From Geosiphon pyriformis uo1 (taxonomy: Eukaryota; Fungi; Glomeromycota): a stretch of 64,000 nucleotides of DNA. Shown piece by piece: positions 53,601-64,000 of this stretch. The DNA lies in assembly GCA_016748015.1 (NCBI GenBank), contig JAAOMT010000468.1:186001-250000 (forward strand), in the 5' to 3' direction. The number at the start of each line of letters is the position of its first letter. The stretch's first letter is position 1. The notes under the pieces were generated by a model. That model did not search any database, had not been told where the DNA came from, and was given only the letters and a program-made list of their open reading frames with translations. The translations under genes were made by a program, and so were the position numbers.

Positions 53601-56600
53601 AACAGGAATTAAATCTTATTGCTCAAAGAATTAAAAAATTCAGATCAAGTAGAAAAAAAAACATACCATAGAAAATAACAGTAATAAGGTAAAACTTATC
53701 TATTATAATATAGTCATTTTTATTTTCTTATATTGACAATACATTTTAAAAATAAAACAAAAAATTTAGAATCAAGTCTTTTTATTCAAAACTGACCTAA
53801 AAATCTGTTCTTTAGTTAACATTACTAATCTGTATATATCTGCAAAAGTTTACAAACACTTTAAAATCTCTATTCACAATCTTATTAAAAATGTTATTAA
53901 GATTTATAAAAAATTTTTATTGGCTCTATTTTTCCAAACATGTAGAATTTTAAAAAACCTTAGTCTATTTTAGACTTTACACAATTGTTTTTATTTTGTG
54001 ATATTACTTTGCAAGTATAAAATCTGTTAACAGAAAGTTATTTGTTTACATCAGAAAAAATTATTAAATTAAACCTAAAAAACTTAAATATATTACAACA
54101 AATATAACTTAAAGTTCTTTTGAACCAATATGTTAATATTTTTATTAGCAAAAACAAATTCAAACACATTAATATTATAAAACACCAGATTTATCAAACA
54201 ATAGATTTATTAAATAATTACAATAAGTAATAATTTGATTAAACAGAAAGTATAATAAATGCTAGACAATAAATTGATCAAAAATAGTTAAGTCTTTGGT
54301 TTTCTTCAGTAGTATTGGTAACCAAAAAAAATGGGAAAATACAATTTTGTATAGACTACTGAAAGCTTAACAGTATTATTTAAAAAGATAATTACCTAAC
54401 TTCTTTTATTTAGGAAATTCTGGATAATTTAAAAAATAAGAAGTGGTTTTTTTCTTTAGATTTAACCAGTAAATATTAACAAGTTAAAATAGACTCCAAA
54501 GACAAAAAAAAATGGCATTCATCACATAAAACAGAAATTTTGAATTTAATATAATGCTCTTTAAATTATGCAATGCTTTTACTACTTTTTAGCATTTTAT
54601 AAATATTATATATAAAAAATTCTTTAGAAATCAATATTAGTATACTTAAACAAGATTAATATATTCTGAAAAATGTTTGATGATTACTTGTTCTATTTCC
54701 AACAAGTTTTTAATTATTTCTAAAGCACCAGATTAAAACTTAATTTAGATAAATGCTTTTTTGGAAAGATTGAACTAAAATTTCTGGAACATATAATAGA
54801 AAAAGATAGTATTATCAGTAGAATTTTAGTTATAAATTAGCATAAAATTACTCTTATAATTTTTATCATTAATTAGTATATATTAATATTGTTTTAATTA
54901 TTATTTATTACTTAATTAAATTATCAAATATTACTATTTAATTAATAATTTAATTTATACAATAAAAATTAGGATGATTAAATAACATAATATTTCAAAT
55001 TATATAATATTTAAGAATTTACCAAAATTTGTAAAAAATTTACCAAAATAATAAATAGTTTACTAAAATAGATAATAGTTTGACAAAATTAACAAAATAT
55101 ATCTTTAGTTTATTAAAATTATAACAAAAAAAAAAGTTCAAGTTTATAAACTAGTATTACAATAAGTTGTATAAAAAAAAGCTTTTTTTTGAAAAAATGT
55201 ATTTTATTATAAATATCTTACTTTTTTTAAAATTATTTTATAAGTACAAATTTAAAATAAAAATATACTTTAAAAACCAATTCTTGATATAATTATACTT
55301 AAAATTTCTTAATACTAACTAATATTTTGAAATTTATTAGTTATCAATTTTGGTAAACTGTTAGTAATTTCAGGCTTAGACCAGAAAATAATTTTTTTAA
55401 TAAAACTTCATTTCTTTTACATTTTTTTATTTTTATTTTCTTTTTTTATTATAATTATTAAGATAGTTTACAAACAAAATTCCTGTAGAAATGTTAATTT
55501 TTATAGCAAAATAACTACACATTTTTAATAGCTTTTAAACAAGCAATTTTTAAGAAAAAATTGACGTTTACTACAATATAATTATATAAAATAACTGGCA
55601 TAAAATTGGCTATTTTACTTATAAGTCCAGTAATTCAAATTATAAAAGATAATTTAAAGATAAATTTAGTTATTAGAGATTCAATTACTTCCAGAAAATG
55701 TGAATTTACAGCAGATAAACATTAATAACATAAATAAAAAAAGACCAAAAACCTCTGGTAACAATAGAATAAAACCAAATTTAGATAAAATAAAAAGATT
55801 TCTCAGCTCCAACCAATTTATAAAAACTAAAAAAATTTTTAAAACTGGCTGAATACTACTGCAAATTTGTTAAAAAGTTCTTGAACATTATAAAACCACT
55901 CTATTACTTGCTGTCAAAACATGTTTTATACTTATAAAGAAAAAAACAGTAAAAAGCTTTTAATTATCTCAAACAATACTTAATAAAAACACCAATATTA
56001 ATTTATCCAATTTTCAATAAACACTTTATTATTATTATAAATGTTTTAAAAAATATACTAGAAGCTGTTCTGTCACAAATTAGACTGAATAATTAAAAAT
56101 ACCCAATTATTTATGCCAATTATAGTACTAATGCAGCAGAAAAAATATACAGTGCAACAAATTTAGAATGTTTTACCATCTATTAAGCAATACAAAATTG
56201 GAAACACCATCTTTACTAATCATTTGATCTATATATAAATTATAAAAAGAAAGAAGATATGTATAATAAAATACTTATCTACAATAATTTTCATATAAAA
56301 TACATTATAAAAAAGAAGCCAAAAACACTAATGCTAATAGTTTATCAAAAATAATACAAATTTGACTTCAGACCTATAAACACAATTACTTACCAGTAAT
56401 TATACCAATATCTATTAATATTACAGTTTAAAAAAAATTATTTTAACAAGAACAAAGTGTTATACAGAAATAAACTTATAATTACTTTATTCAAAAAAAC
56501 CAACTATATTATTAAGAACACCAAAACTGTATTATTCTACAATAAATTATAAAAAACAATGAAAAAAAAACTGTTTTGCATAATATGTACTTTAATCTAA

Positions 56601-59484
56601 TTATAGAACATTTTATTAAAGATGCTATTCTGGAAAAAATAATAAATCTATATTATTAACTAATAATATATAAAAATATTTTTGAATATGTTATCAACTG
56701 TAACTTATGCCAACAGAGAAAAAAAACCAGTACAATAGAACCACTTTGATTCATTCCAGTTGAAAATTTTTTTAATAAAATTGGGATTGATTTGGTTAGA
56801 CCTCTTTTTATTATTTTTAAAAAAAACTGTTATATTGTTATAGCTATAAACTACCTGACCAAATAGTCTGAAGCCAAAGTTATTAAAATAGCAGACACTA
56901 AAACAGTAGCTGAATTTATATACCAAGATCTAATTTGTCAACATAGATGTCCAAAAAAATTATTATTTGACCAAAAAACTTATTTTATCAATAGTACATT
57001 AGTCAAATTAAGCCAATAATTTGGAAAAAAATAACCATTATTATTATCATATTACTTACAAACAAATAGATTGGTAAAAAAATTTAACTGAACATTGTAT
57101 GAAACATTAGCAAAAATAAGTTATAAAAATACACAAGAATAAGACTTATTTATATTTTTTGTATTATTTGCATACCAAACATTAAAACAAAATACTATCT
57201 AGTTTACACTATTTAAACTAGTTTACAAAAAAAAAGCCATTCTATCTATTAAATAGAAAGTATTTTTTTTCTTAACAGAAACAATTAATAAGAAGAATTT
57301 TGAAACTATTTTGTATTAAAGAACATATTAGCTTATAAAAACATTAAAAAACAATCATAAAATAACAGTTAACAATATTAATAATACTTAAAAATAACAA
57401 AAAAAAAATATGACAATCACTTACTTAACCAACCAGTTAAATTCAAGATTGAAAACAGAGTATTGTTACATTGTACTAAAGCTAAAAAACAGTTAAGTAA
57501 AAAGTTTAATCCAAAATAGGATAGACCATTTCATATACACAAAGTTTTAAACAATAAAGCTTACAAATTAAGATTGAAAAACAAAATTTTAAAAAAAATA
57601 ACATATAGAAATTAGTTAAAAATTTATTATACAAAACAAAAGTTATTATCATTCATATCTTAATTAGAAACACAAATTTTATTAATCAGATCAAAAAATA
57701 TATCACAAAATTTGAAACCAATTATTGTCATTAAAATATAATTGATATGTAATAATTTAATTAAAAAAATTTAAGTATATATAAAAACCAAGACAACAAA
57801 AAAAAGATAATAGTACTTTTAACATAGATCTTTTAAATTAAATTCTAAGACTTTCAAAATAACTATTTAAAGCAATTCAACAATTTACAACATCAATAAA
57901 AATTACAATTGATAGAAAAGAGATATAATACAGAAATTTACACAAAAAAGAGGATAAAAATTCAACTAGGACTAAGTATTTTCATCTTTATAAACAATTA
58001 AAGAAGAAGAAAAAAGATATATGATCAAGCAAGCTTAATAAAATTAAAAAAGCTTTAAACAGGCTAAATATGGAATCAATAACAGGAAAATAAACACCAG
58101 AAAACTCCAGAGCATGAAAAAAAAAATTTTTACCAGTGTACTGGTTCTTTAAAATTGGTAAAAAACCAAACTTACAGATATTATACATAAATACTAACAA
58201 ACAAATATTTAATAAAAAAACTTTTAAACAAGTAAAAAAATTTGTTAAAAGAAATAACCTAATGCTGTACTACAAAACAACATACTAGCTGTATTTAGCA
58301 TTTAAATATTGTTTAACAATATTTTTAGACAGTTTACTAAAGTTTATTATAGTTAACAACATAAAACAAATAACAAATACACAGTTTGAAGACCTATAAA
58401 AAACAATATTCAACACAACAATTGAATATTATACCAAAAAAACAATTATTACAAATACATATAATCTTATAAGAGCTTAATTCTAAAAAAAAGATAATAT
58501 TATCTAAGTAGAAAAACCAATCTAAAAGATATTAAAAAATATGATTAAAAACATAATAATATAGAAAAAATATGATAATATAAAATAATACAGAATAATA
58601 TATAATAATTCAAGATAATATGAGATAATACACAAGAACATAAAATAGCACAGAATAACTAGTTATAATATAAGATAATTAGTTATAGTATAAAAAAACA
58701 AAACAACAACAAAAATAGCAAATAATAACTAGTAATAATAAATAATCAAAAGCAATCTTATAAAACTAGAAATATGTATAAAACAAGTAGTTTTAGTATA
58801 AAAAAACAAACAAATAGATAGAAATAACCCAATATTTTTTTATCTATATTTTTTAAATCTATCTTACTTATATATTTATATTATTATAAATAAAAAAATA
58901 TTTAAAAAAACAAAAATCATTTATGTATTATTCATGAATTTTGTGTTTAAAAAACTGAATTAATCATTCTTTTATCTTCATTTTCAGCCAGATGCTTTTA
59001 ACATAAAACTACTTCAAACAATGACAACTTAAATCAATTATTTTTGATTATAATAATTGATAATACTAAATTTTTTTTTATTTTTTTTTTTATTTTTTTT
59101 CTTGTGTAGAGCAGCAATATTATAAAATTAACTGTTTGAAAATAGACTTTATGATAATCTGATAAAAAAAAAAGCTTTTTTTAGAATTAAATATTAATAT
59201 TATCTTATTAACTTATTAAAAAAATAAAAAAACACCATTAAATTTTAGCAATTGCACTCAACTAACTTAAAAAAAATAGTTCATATACTTAAGTTATAAA
59301 CAGCCAAAACACTTTTTTGTGCTTTATAACCAAAAAACTCTATGAGTAAAATTAGCAAAAACTTTTAAAAACTGATATTACTGATTTATCTCAAGTATCT
59401 AAAATAAAAATCTTCAAGTTTTCTCTTATTTAAATTTAAAGCACTAAATATTATCACAATATTCCACCAAATTTACTTATAACA
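50621..59484 (+). mobile_element. Decayed family-D element F (capsid to 3' LTR 58498-59484), with dUTPase ~53260-53650, RT-RH, separate IN from ~56376, ORF3
   Basis: Capsid, knuckle (YCQKSKHIVKNC ~51297), PR ~51920, KGGII, RT and IN remnants; A-rich PPT before the LTR. Confidence 0.85.
54810..55763 (+). repeat. Solo LTR of family A inserted in the RT of F; TSD ATAG
   Basis: Homologous to 3814-4856; ATAG at 54806-54809 and 55764-55767; removal restores KD(G>R)IKP. Confidence 0.92.
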
Positions 59485-60185
59485 ATATAGAAAAAAAGTA
59501 AAAATATGTGGAATCTTGTATAATATAAATTATATATATAGCAAAAATATTAAAAACAGAAAAGACAGAATAATAGCTAGAAAACAATAGCAATTAATTA
59601 ATAGTTACCAAATACTTTTTCTTTAAAAAAATAGTTTTCTATAACTTAAAATAGAATTATATTCATATTAATAAAAATATTTATTATTATTTAATTTATG
59701 TTGTTATTACTTGATTAAAAAATATTAATTACTTTAATATTATTAATAATTCATATTAATAGAATTTAATACTTAATTATACTAGATCAACAGCTTTTAA
59801 TCATAGTTATTAACAGGATATTAATTTTTTATTTTTTATTTTATTTTTATTTTATTTTATTTTCTTTGTTGTTTTCTAATTGATTAAGAAATTAAGCACT
59901 AAGTAATTAACATCAAAAATAGCCTGGTAAAAGATCTGTAAAACAAAAGTAAAAAAAACTTAAAAATAACTTATTAAAAGAGCATAACTGCCAGAATAAA
60001 CCAGCCATCATGCTAAAAACAGAAATTAGAGAAAATTATTGATTAAATTTCTGTCTATTATACAAAAAACTTAACCAAAACCTTCAGATTCCAAAATTTT
60101 TAGAAATTACTATTATATTTAGCTATTGAGTACTAAGTTATGAATTTGTTATTTGTTTTAACACTTTAAATAATCACTTATAATA
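59485..60185 (+). repeat. 3' part of an old B-type LTR (L3), host of F
   Basis: Colinear with ~6745-7420; ends CACTTATAATA. Confidence 0.8.
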
Positions 60186-61099
60186 CCAGTTATATTTAAA
60201 ATAAATTAAATTACTGCATAATTATATTTTATTTAAATAGTATTATTAATAAAAATTTTAATTATAAAATAAAATATAAAATTATTTTTTGAATAAATTT
60301 GTTAATTGTAATAATAAACTTTATATTAATTTTATAGCCAAAAATATTTTCTTTTTTTTTTAATTTTATACAATAGTAAATTATAAAATATATACTAAAA
60401 AAATCTAATTTATTATATATATAATAATTATTAATTAAGTTAAAATTATTCATAACTTTATTTCTTTTATTATAATAAATATGCTTAAAAAGTACAACAA
60501 ATTTGTTATATAATTTAATTTTTTTAAAATTTTTTTTAAATAATTTTAATCAACAAAGTCTTATGTTTTTTATATATTTTAAAAAAATAATCAGAGGTTT
60601 TTTTTTTTAATGTATTTTTAATAATATAATTAATCAAAAAAATAAGAATTTAAATTGTATTATTTTTAAGCACAAAAAATTGTTACTTAACAAAACTTTA
60701 TTATTTTTACAAACTTTAAAAATACAATTTATAAAAATTTTAAAAAGAAGCTTTTTTTGTTATTTTAATTAAAACAACTAGTTAATATTAATTAAAATAC
60801 TTTTATAATTATAAAGTTTTATAATTATTAATACTTAAATATTAATTTATACTACAAAAATACAACTTAAAAAAATACAAAAATCAAAAAAATACAAAAG
60901 TAAAAAATAAATTATAAAAAAAACAATTATATTTTTATAACTTATTAAAAATTTTAAACAAATTAACAACTTATTATTTAACAAATTATTTAAAACAATT
61001 AAAATTTTCTTAAAAAATACATTAGTTATAATTTTATTAAAAGTATTATTAGCTATATAATCTAAAAACTAATATTAATTAAAAAAACTTTTTTCTTTC
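60186..61099. other. Extremely A/T-rich unassignable relic sequence
   Basis: Almost no C/G, long A and T runs; no recognisable motif. Confidence 0.5.
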
Positions 61100-61224
61100 G
61101 TTCATTCCAAATTTCCAAAAAAGAGTCAAAAATTTTTTGAAAGAAGTTTTTTTCTACAATTCAGTATAATAAATTCAAACTTTTTTTCAATTACGAAGCT
61201 ACTGTTGACTGTAGTATTGCTGTA

Positions 61225-63015
61225 ATGAAAAAAGCTGTTAAAGATTCTGGTTCTAGTGGGGGTTTCAAGACTGTTTTGCCAAGAAAGAAAAAAAGAGGTG
61301 GAACTTTGGAAGATAGTTTCAGTGGTGAGAAGGTTGTTCCTAATACTCAAAGTAGTCATTTATGGGAGTCGGAAGCTGGTAATACCACTGAGTTGGACAG
61401 TATTAACATAGAGAAAAAATGCCTGGTTGAAGAAACCAGTTTTGATTATGGTGATAATAGAGCTTCTACTGGTAGGGACCCTAATTAGATGCCTAAAAAT
61501 TCTAGAATTAAGACAATGAAGATGTTGGGTAAGCCTTTGGGTAAGATTGACTTTTCGGCTGGTGGTGACAATGACAATATTCTCTCGAATGTGTCTTTGG
61601 ATCTCTCTCTTTCTCTAAAAAATGTGGTTAATGTTTCTGTTTGCAAGTCTTTTGCTTTGGATATTGGGCTGGATGAAATCTCTGGGAAATCTTCTCAGGA
61701 AAAGCTGATGGTAGTTAAAAAGTTATTTTCAAAAGTTAATGATTTTGGGGGGCCTCTACTCCCTCAAAATTTTCTGAGATCATCCGAGCAACATTCACTT
61801 CTGAATCGAGTTTGATGAAAGCTACCAAGTTGGCTACTAATGCAAAGATCCTGGTGAATACTAATCTCAAGAAATCAACTGGTTACTTAGATCAGGCTGT
61901 AGTGTTGAAGAAAATTTTTGGTTAGAACATCAGCTAAGGCTGTGCATGCTGCACTATCTGAATTTGGTACAATTAAGTCGATCAAGATGCAGTTGGTGGG
62001 ACTGTGGCAGAAGGTGATTATTGAATTTGAGGAGTGGAATCAAGCAGATCTTTTAGTGGCTAGGTGGTCCATCCTAATTGGGAAAGATACAGTGTGTATT
62101 GCCAGATCAGATTTGAACAAAATAACATGGGATATGAAAGATCATTATAGGGTGCTGCTTTATACTCTTTTGGTGGGAACAAATGCTTATGACATATAAG
62201 ACTACATTGGTTCTGTGGGTGGGAAAACATGTATGATTGATTGCTATCCAGTTACATATGCCCGGGCCAGATGTACCATTGTTTGTTTTGAGTCAGCTGA
62301 ATCATTAGATACCATCATAGGAACCACACCTGTGTTAAAAGATGTTCATCTTTGTTGGTCTTATCTTGGTTCTGCTGTATATGCAAAGTGTGGAAAACTG
62401 GGTCATTCCTCTTTGGGCTGTGTTTCAGGTGGGAAATCTTCCTCTGGTGGCTTGCCATATCATGTTCTTTCAGATGCAGATAAAAGCAGGCTGGCAGCTA
62501 TTTATGCTAAGTGTTTGGCACCTATTGCTCATCCTGTTTCTTTTGGTGATGTCTTATGGACTGAGATTATTGGTGGATCCTCCTTTTCTTCTCCTTTTGT
62601 TCAAAATGTTTTGTTGAATGATGGCTTCTTTTCGGAGATGAAGCCTACTCTGCAGGTGTCTTTGGTGTTAAATGACAGATTTGCCACTCTTGAGCACAGT
62701 CTCACCAGCCTTGTAGAGCATGTGGATAAGCTGACTAAGAAGTTGGATGCACCTGGGCCAATGGTTTCCCAGCTTAGCCTTGGATTTTAATTGTTGGTGA
62801 CCCCTTCATCACAGAATCAAGGGGCAGATACAGTGATAAGTAAGAGTTTGGGTGTGGACACTAATGGTGGAACTGTTGCAGAAATGACAGTTTTTGATTC
62901 TTTGGTTGTCTTGAAAATAAAGGAAACATTGAAAAATTTTTCAATTACAGTTATGAGTCTTTTGGCTAAAATGGACAATGCTAGTTTGATTCCTGCTTCT
63001 CATTTTTCTCAATAA
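61225..63015 (+). pseudogene. LINE ORF1 (RRM-like region plus CCHC knuckle), with stops and frameshifts
   Basis: ALSEFGTIKSIKMQL..IIEFE RRM-like; (C>Y)AKCGKLGHSSLGC ~62380; coiled-coil-like LEHSLTSLVEHVDKLTKKL. Confidence 0.75.
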
Positions 63016-64000
63016 CAAATCTAGTTTGGAAAATTGTGATGTGCAATGTTCAAAGTATCAATGTTTCTGCTAAGCAAGAAGACATTGTTCATTGACATAA
63101 GGAATCAGACAATTTGGTCTCGATTGTTACAGAAACAAAATTATGGTCCAGCATTAAGCCATGAATTGCTGATAAGTTTGAGGATGTGTGGGTCTTTACA
63201 TCTGGCTTGGACAAGGGTTTTCTTGGTGCTGGAGTAGCAATAATTATGAACATTTGTTTGGTCTATTATGTATCTAAGATTGAAGAAGTTCTTAGTTGGA
63301 TGGTTTTAGTGTATCTTTTGTTCAAGAGCAAGCTTTTGGTTACATTTCTGGGCTTGTACGCTAGTGCTTCTGCTGATGCTAGGTTTGGTCAGACTCTGGA
63401 GGTGAACTTATTAATTGCTAAGACTGTCAACTTTAGCACTTTTGTTGTCTTGGGTGGTGACTTCAATGAAAATGGGTCTGAGAAGAGTGTGAGTTTCAAG
63501 TTCTGTTTGGATTTGGGTTTGGTCAACTCATTTGCTGGCCATCATTTGGTTAAGACTCCTACTTGGAGCAACTCGAAGAGAGTTGAAAAGACTATTGATT
63601 ATATTTTTTTTAGTGAGAGCTTGTCTTCTACTGTTGCTAGTCATGGAATTGGTTCTGTTTCTGGCTTTTTTGATACTGATCACAAGGCTGTTACTGTGTC
63701 CATTGGTTTAGGTGGATTTTTGGATATTTGTTTAAATAGTTTACACAAGCAGACCAATAAGAATTGTTGGAAGTTTAGAATTAAAGATGCCAACAGTGCA
63801 AAGTGGTCTTGTTTTAAGGAACACTCTTCCACTAAGCTTTTAGGGATTGGAGAGAAATTGCAGAATGCTGGAGCTCTTTTGGATTTGGATCTAATGTAGT
63901 CATTGTTGGAAAAAATGATGGTAGAATTAGCTGACGAAGTGTTTTCTAGGCATTGGTTCAGTGAATTTCAGTGTTCTAGAAATAAGCAGTTTTCTAGGTT
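63012..64000 (+). pseudogene. LINE ORF2 N-terminal apurinic endonuclease domain
   Basis: WKIVMCNV, IVTETKL, LGGDFNE, TWSN, IDYIF, TDHKAV motifs of the EEP/APE family. Confidence 0.9.

Larger units (their letters stand above)
61100..64000 (+). mobile_element. Non-LTR retrotransposon (LINE, APE-type), 5' part; continues beyond window; 5' boundary approximate
   Basis: Abrupt composition shift to G/T-rich; ORF1 plus ORF2 endonuclease. Confidence 0.9.

Noticed and set aside
6612-60453. Many short F/L/I-rich ORFs in the ORF track (e.g. 6612-6851, 12936-13261, 13551-13805, 37009-37425, 44905-45126, 60262-60453)
   Set aside because: Antisense or off-frame shadows of A-rich TE sequence and LTR repeats; no independent coding evidence.

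Overview
AT-rich eukaryotic repeat nest with no recognisable host gene. About 60 kb (1-60185) is a multi-layer nest of decayed Ty3/Gypsy (Metaviridae) LTR retrotransposons from three related families (here A, B, D). It holds two complete ~10 kb elements with paired LTRs and 4-bp target-site duplications (13778-23833 minus; 33228-43395 plus), a TSD-flanked solo LTR (54810-55763), and several truncated or recombinant copies. A ~0.9 kb near-pure A/T relic and the 5' part of an APE-type LINE (~61100-64000) follow. The peptides resemble, from memory only, transposon-derived proteins of Glomeromycotina fungi (e.g. Geosiphon); this is unverified. The lineage has an unusual layout: LTR with structured U5, a PBS that looks like elongator tRNA-Met, an AUG-depleted N-terminal Gag extension (family B), then Gag(CCHC)-PR-Cys-rich domain-dUTPase-RT-RNaseH ending at a stop conserved in all three families, a separately initiated integrase ORF, a non-Env ORF3, a conserved pre-PPT motif, PPT and LTR. 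14 of 15 readable insertion sites have a central CG/TG/CA/TA dinucleotide, several demonstrably ancestral CpG. Decay is almost purely C>T/G>A in all contexts (RIP-like). All coordinates and counts were read by eye.
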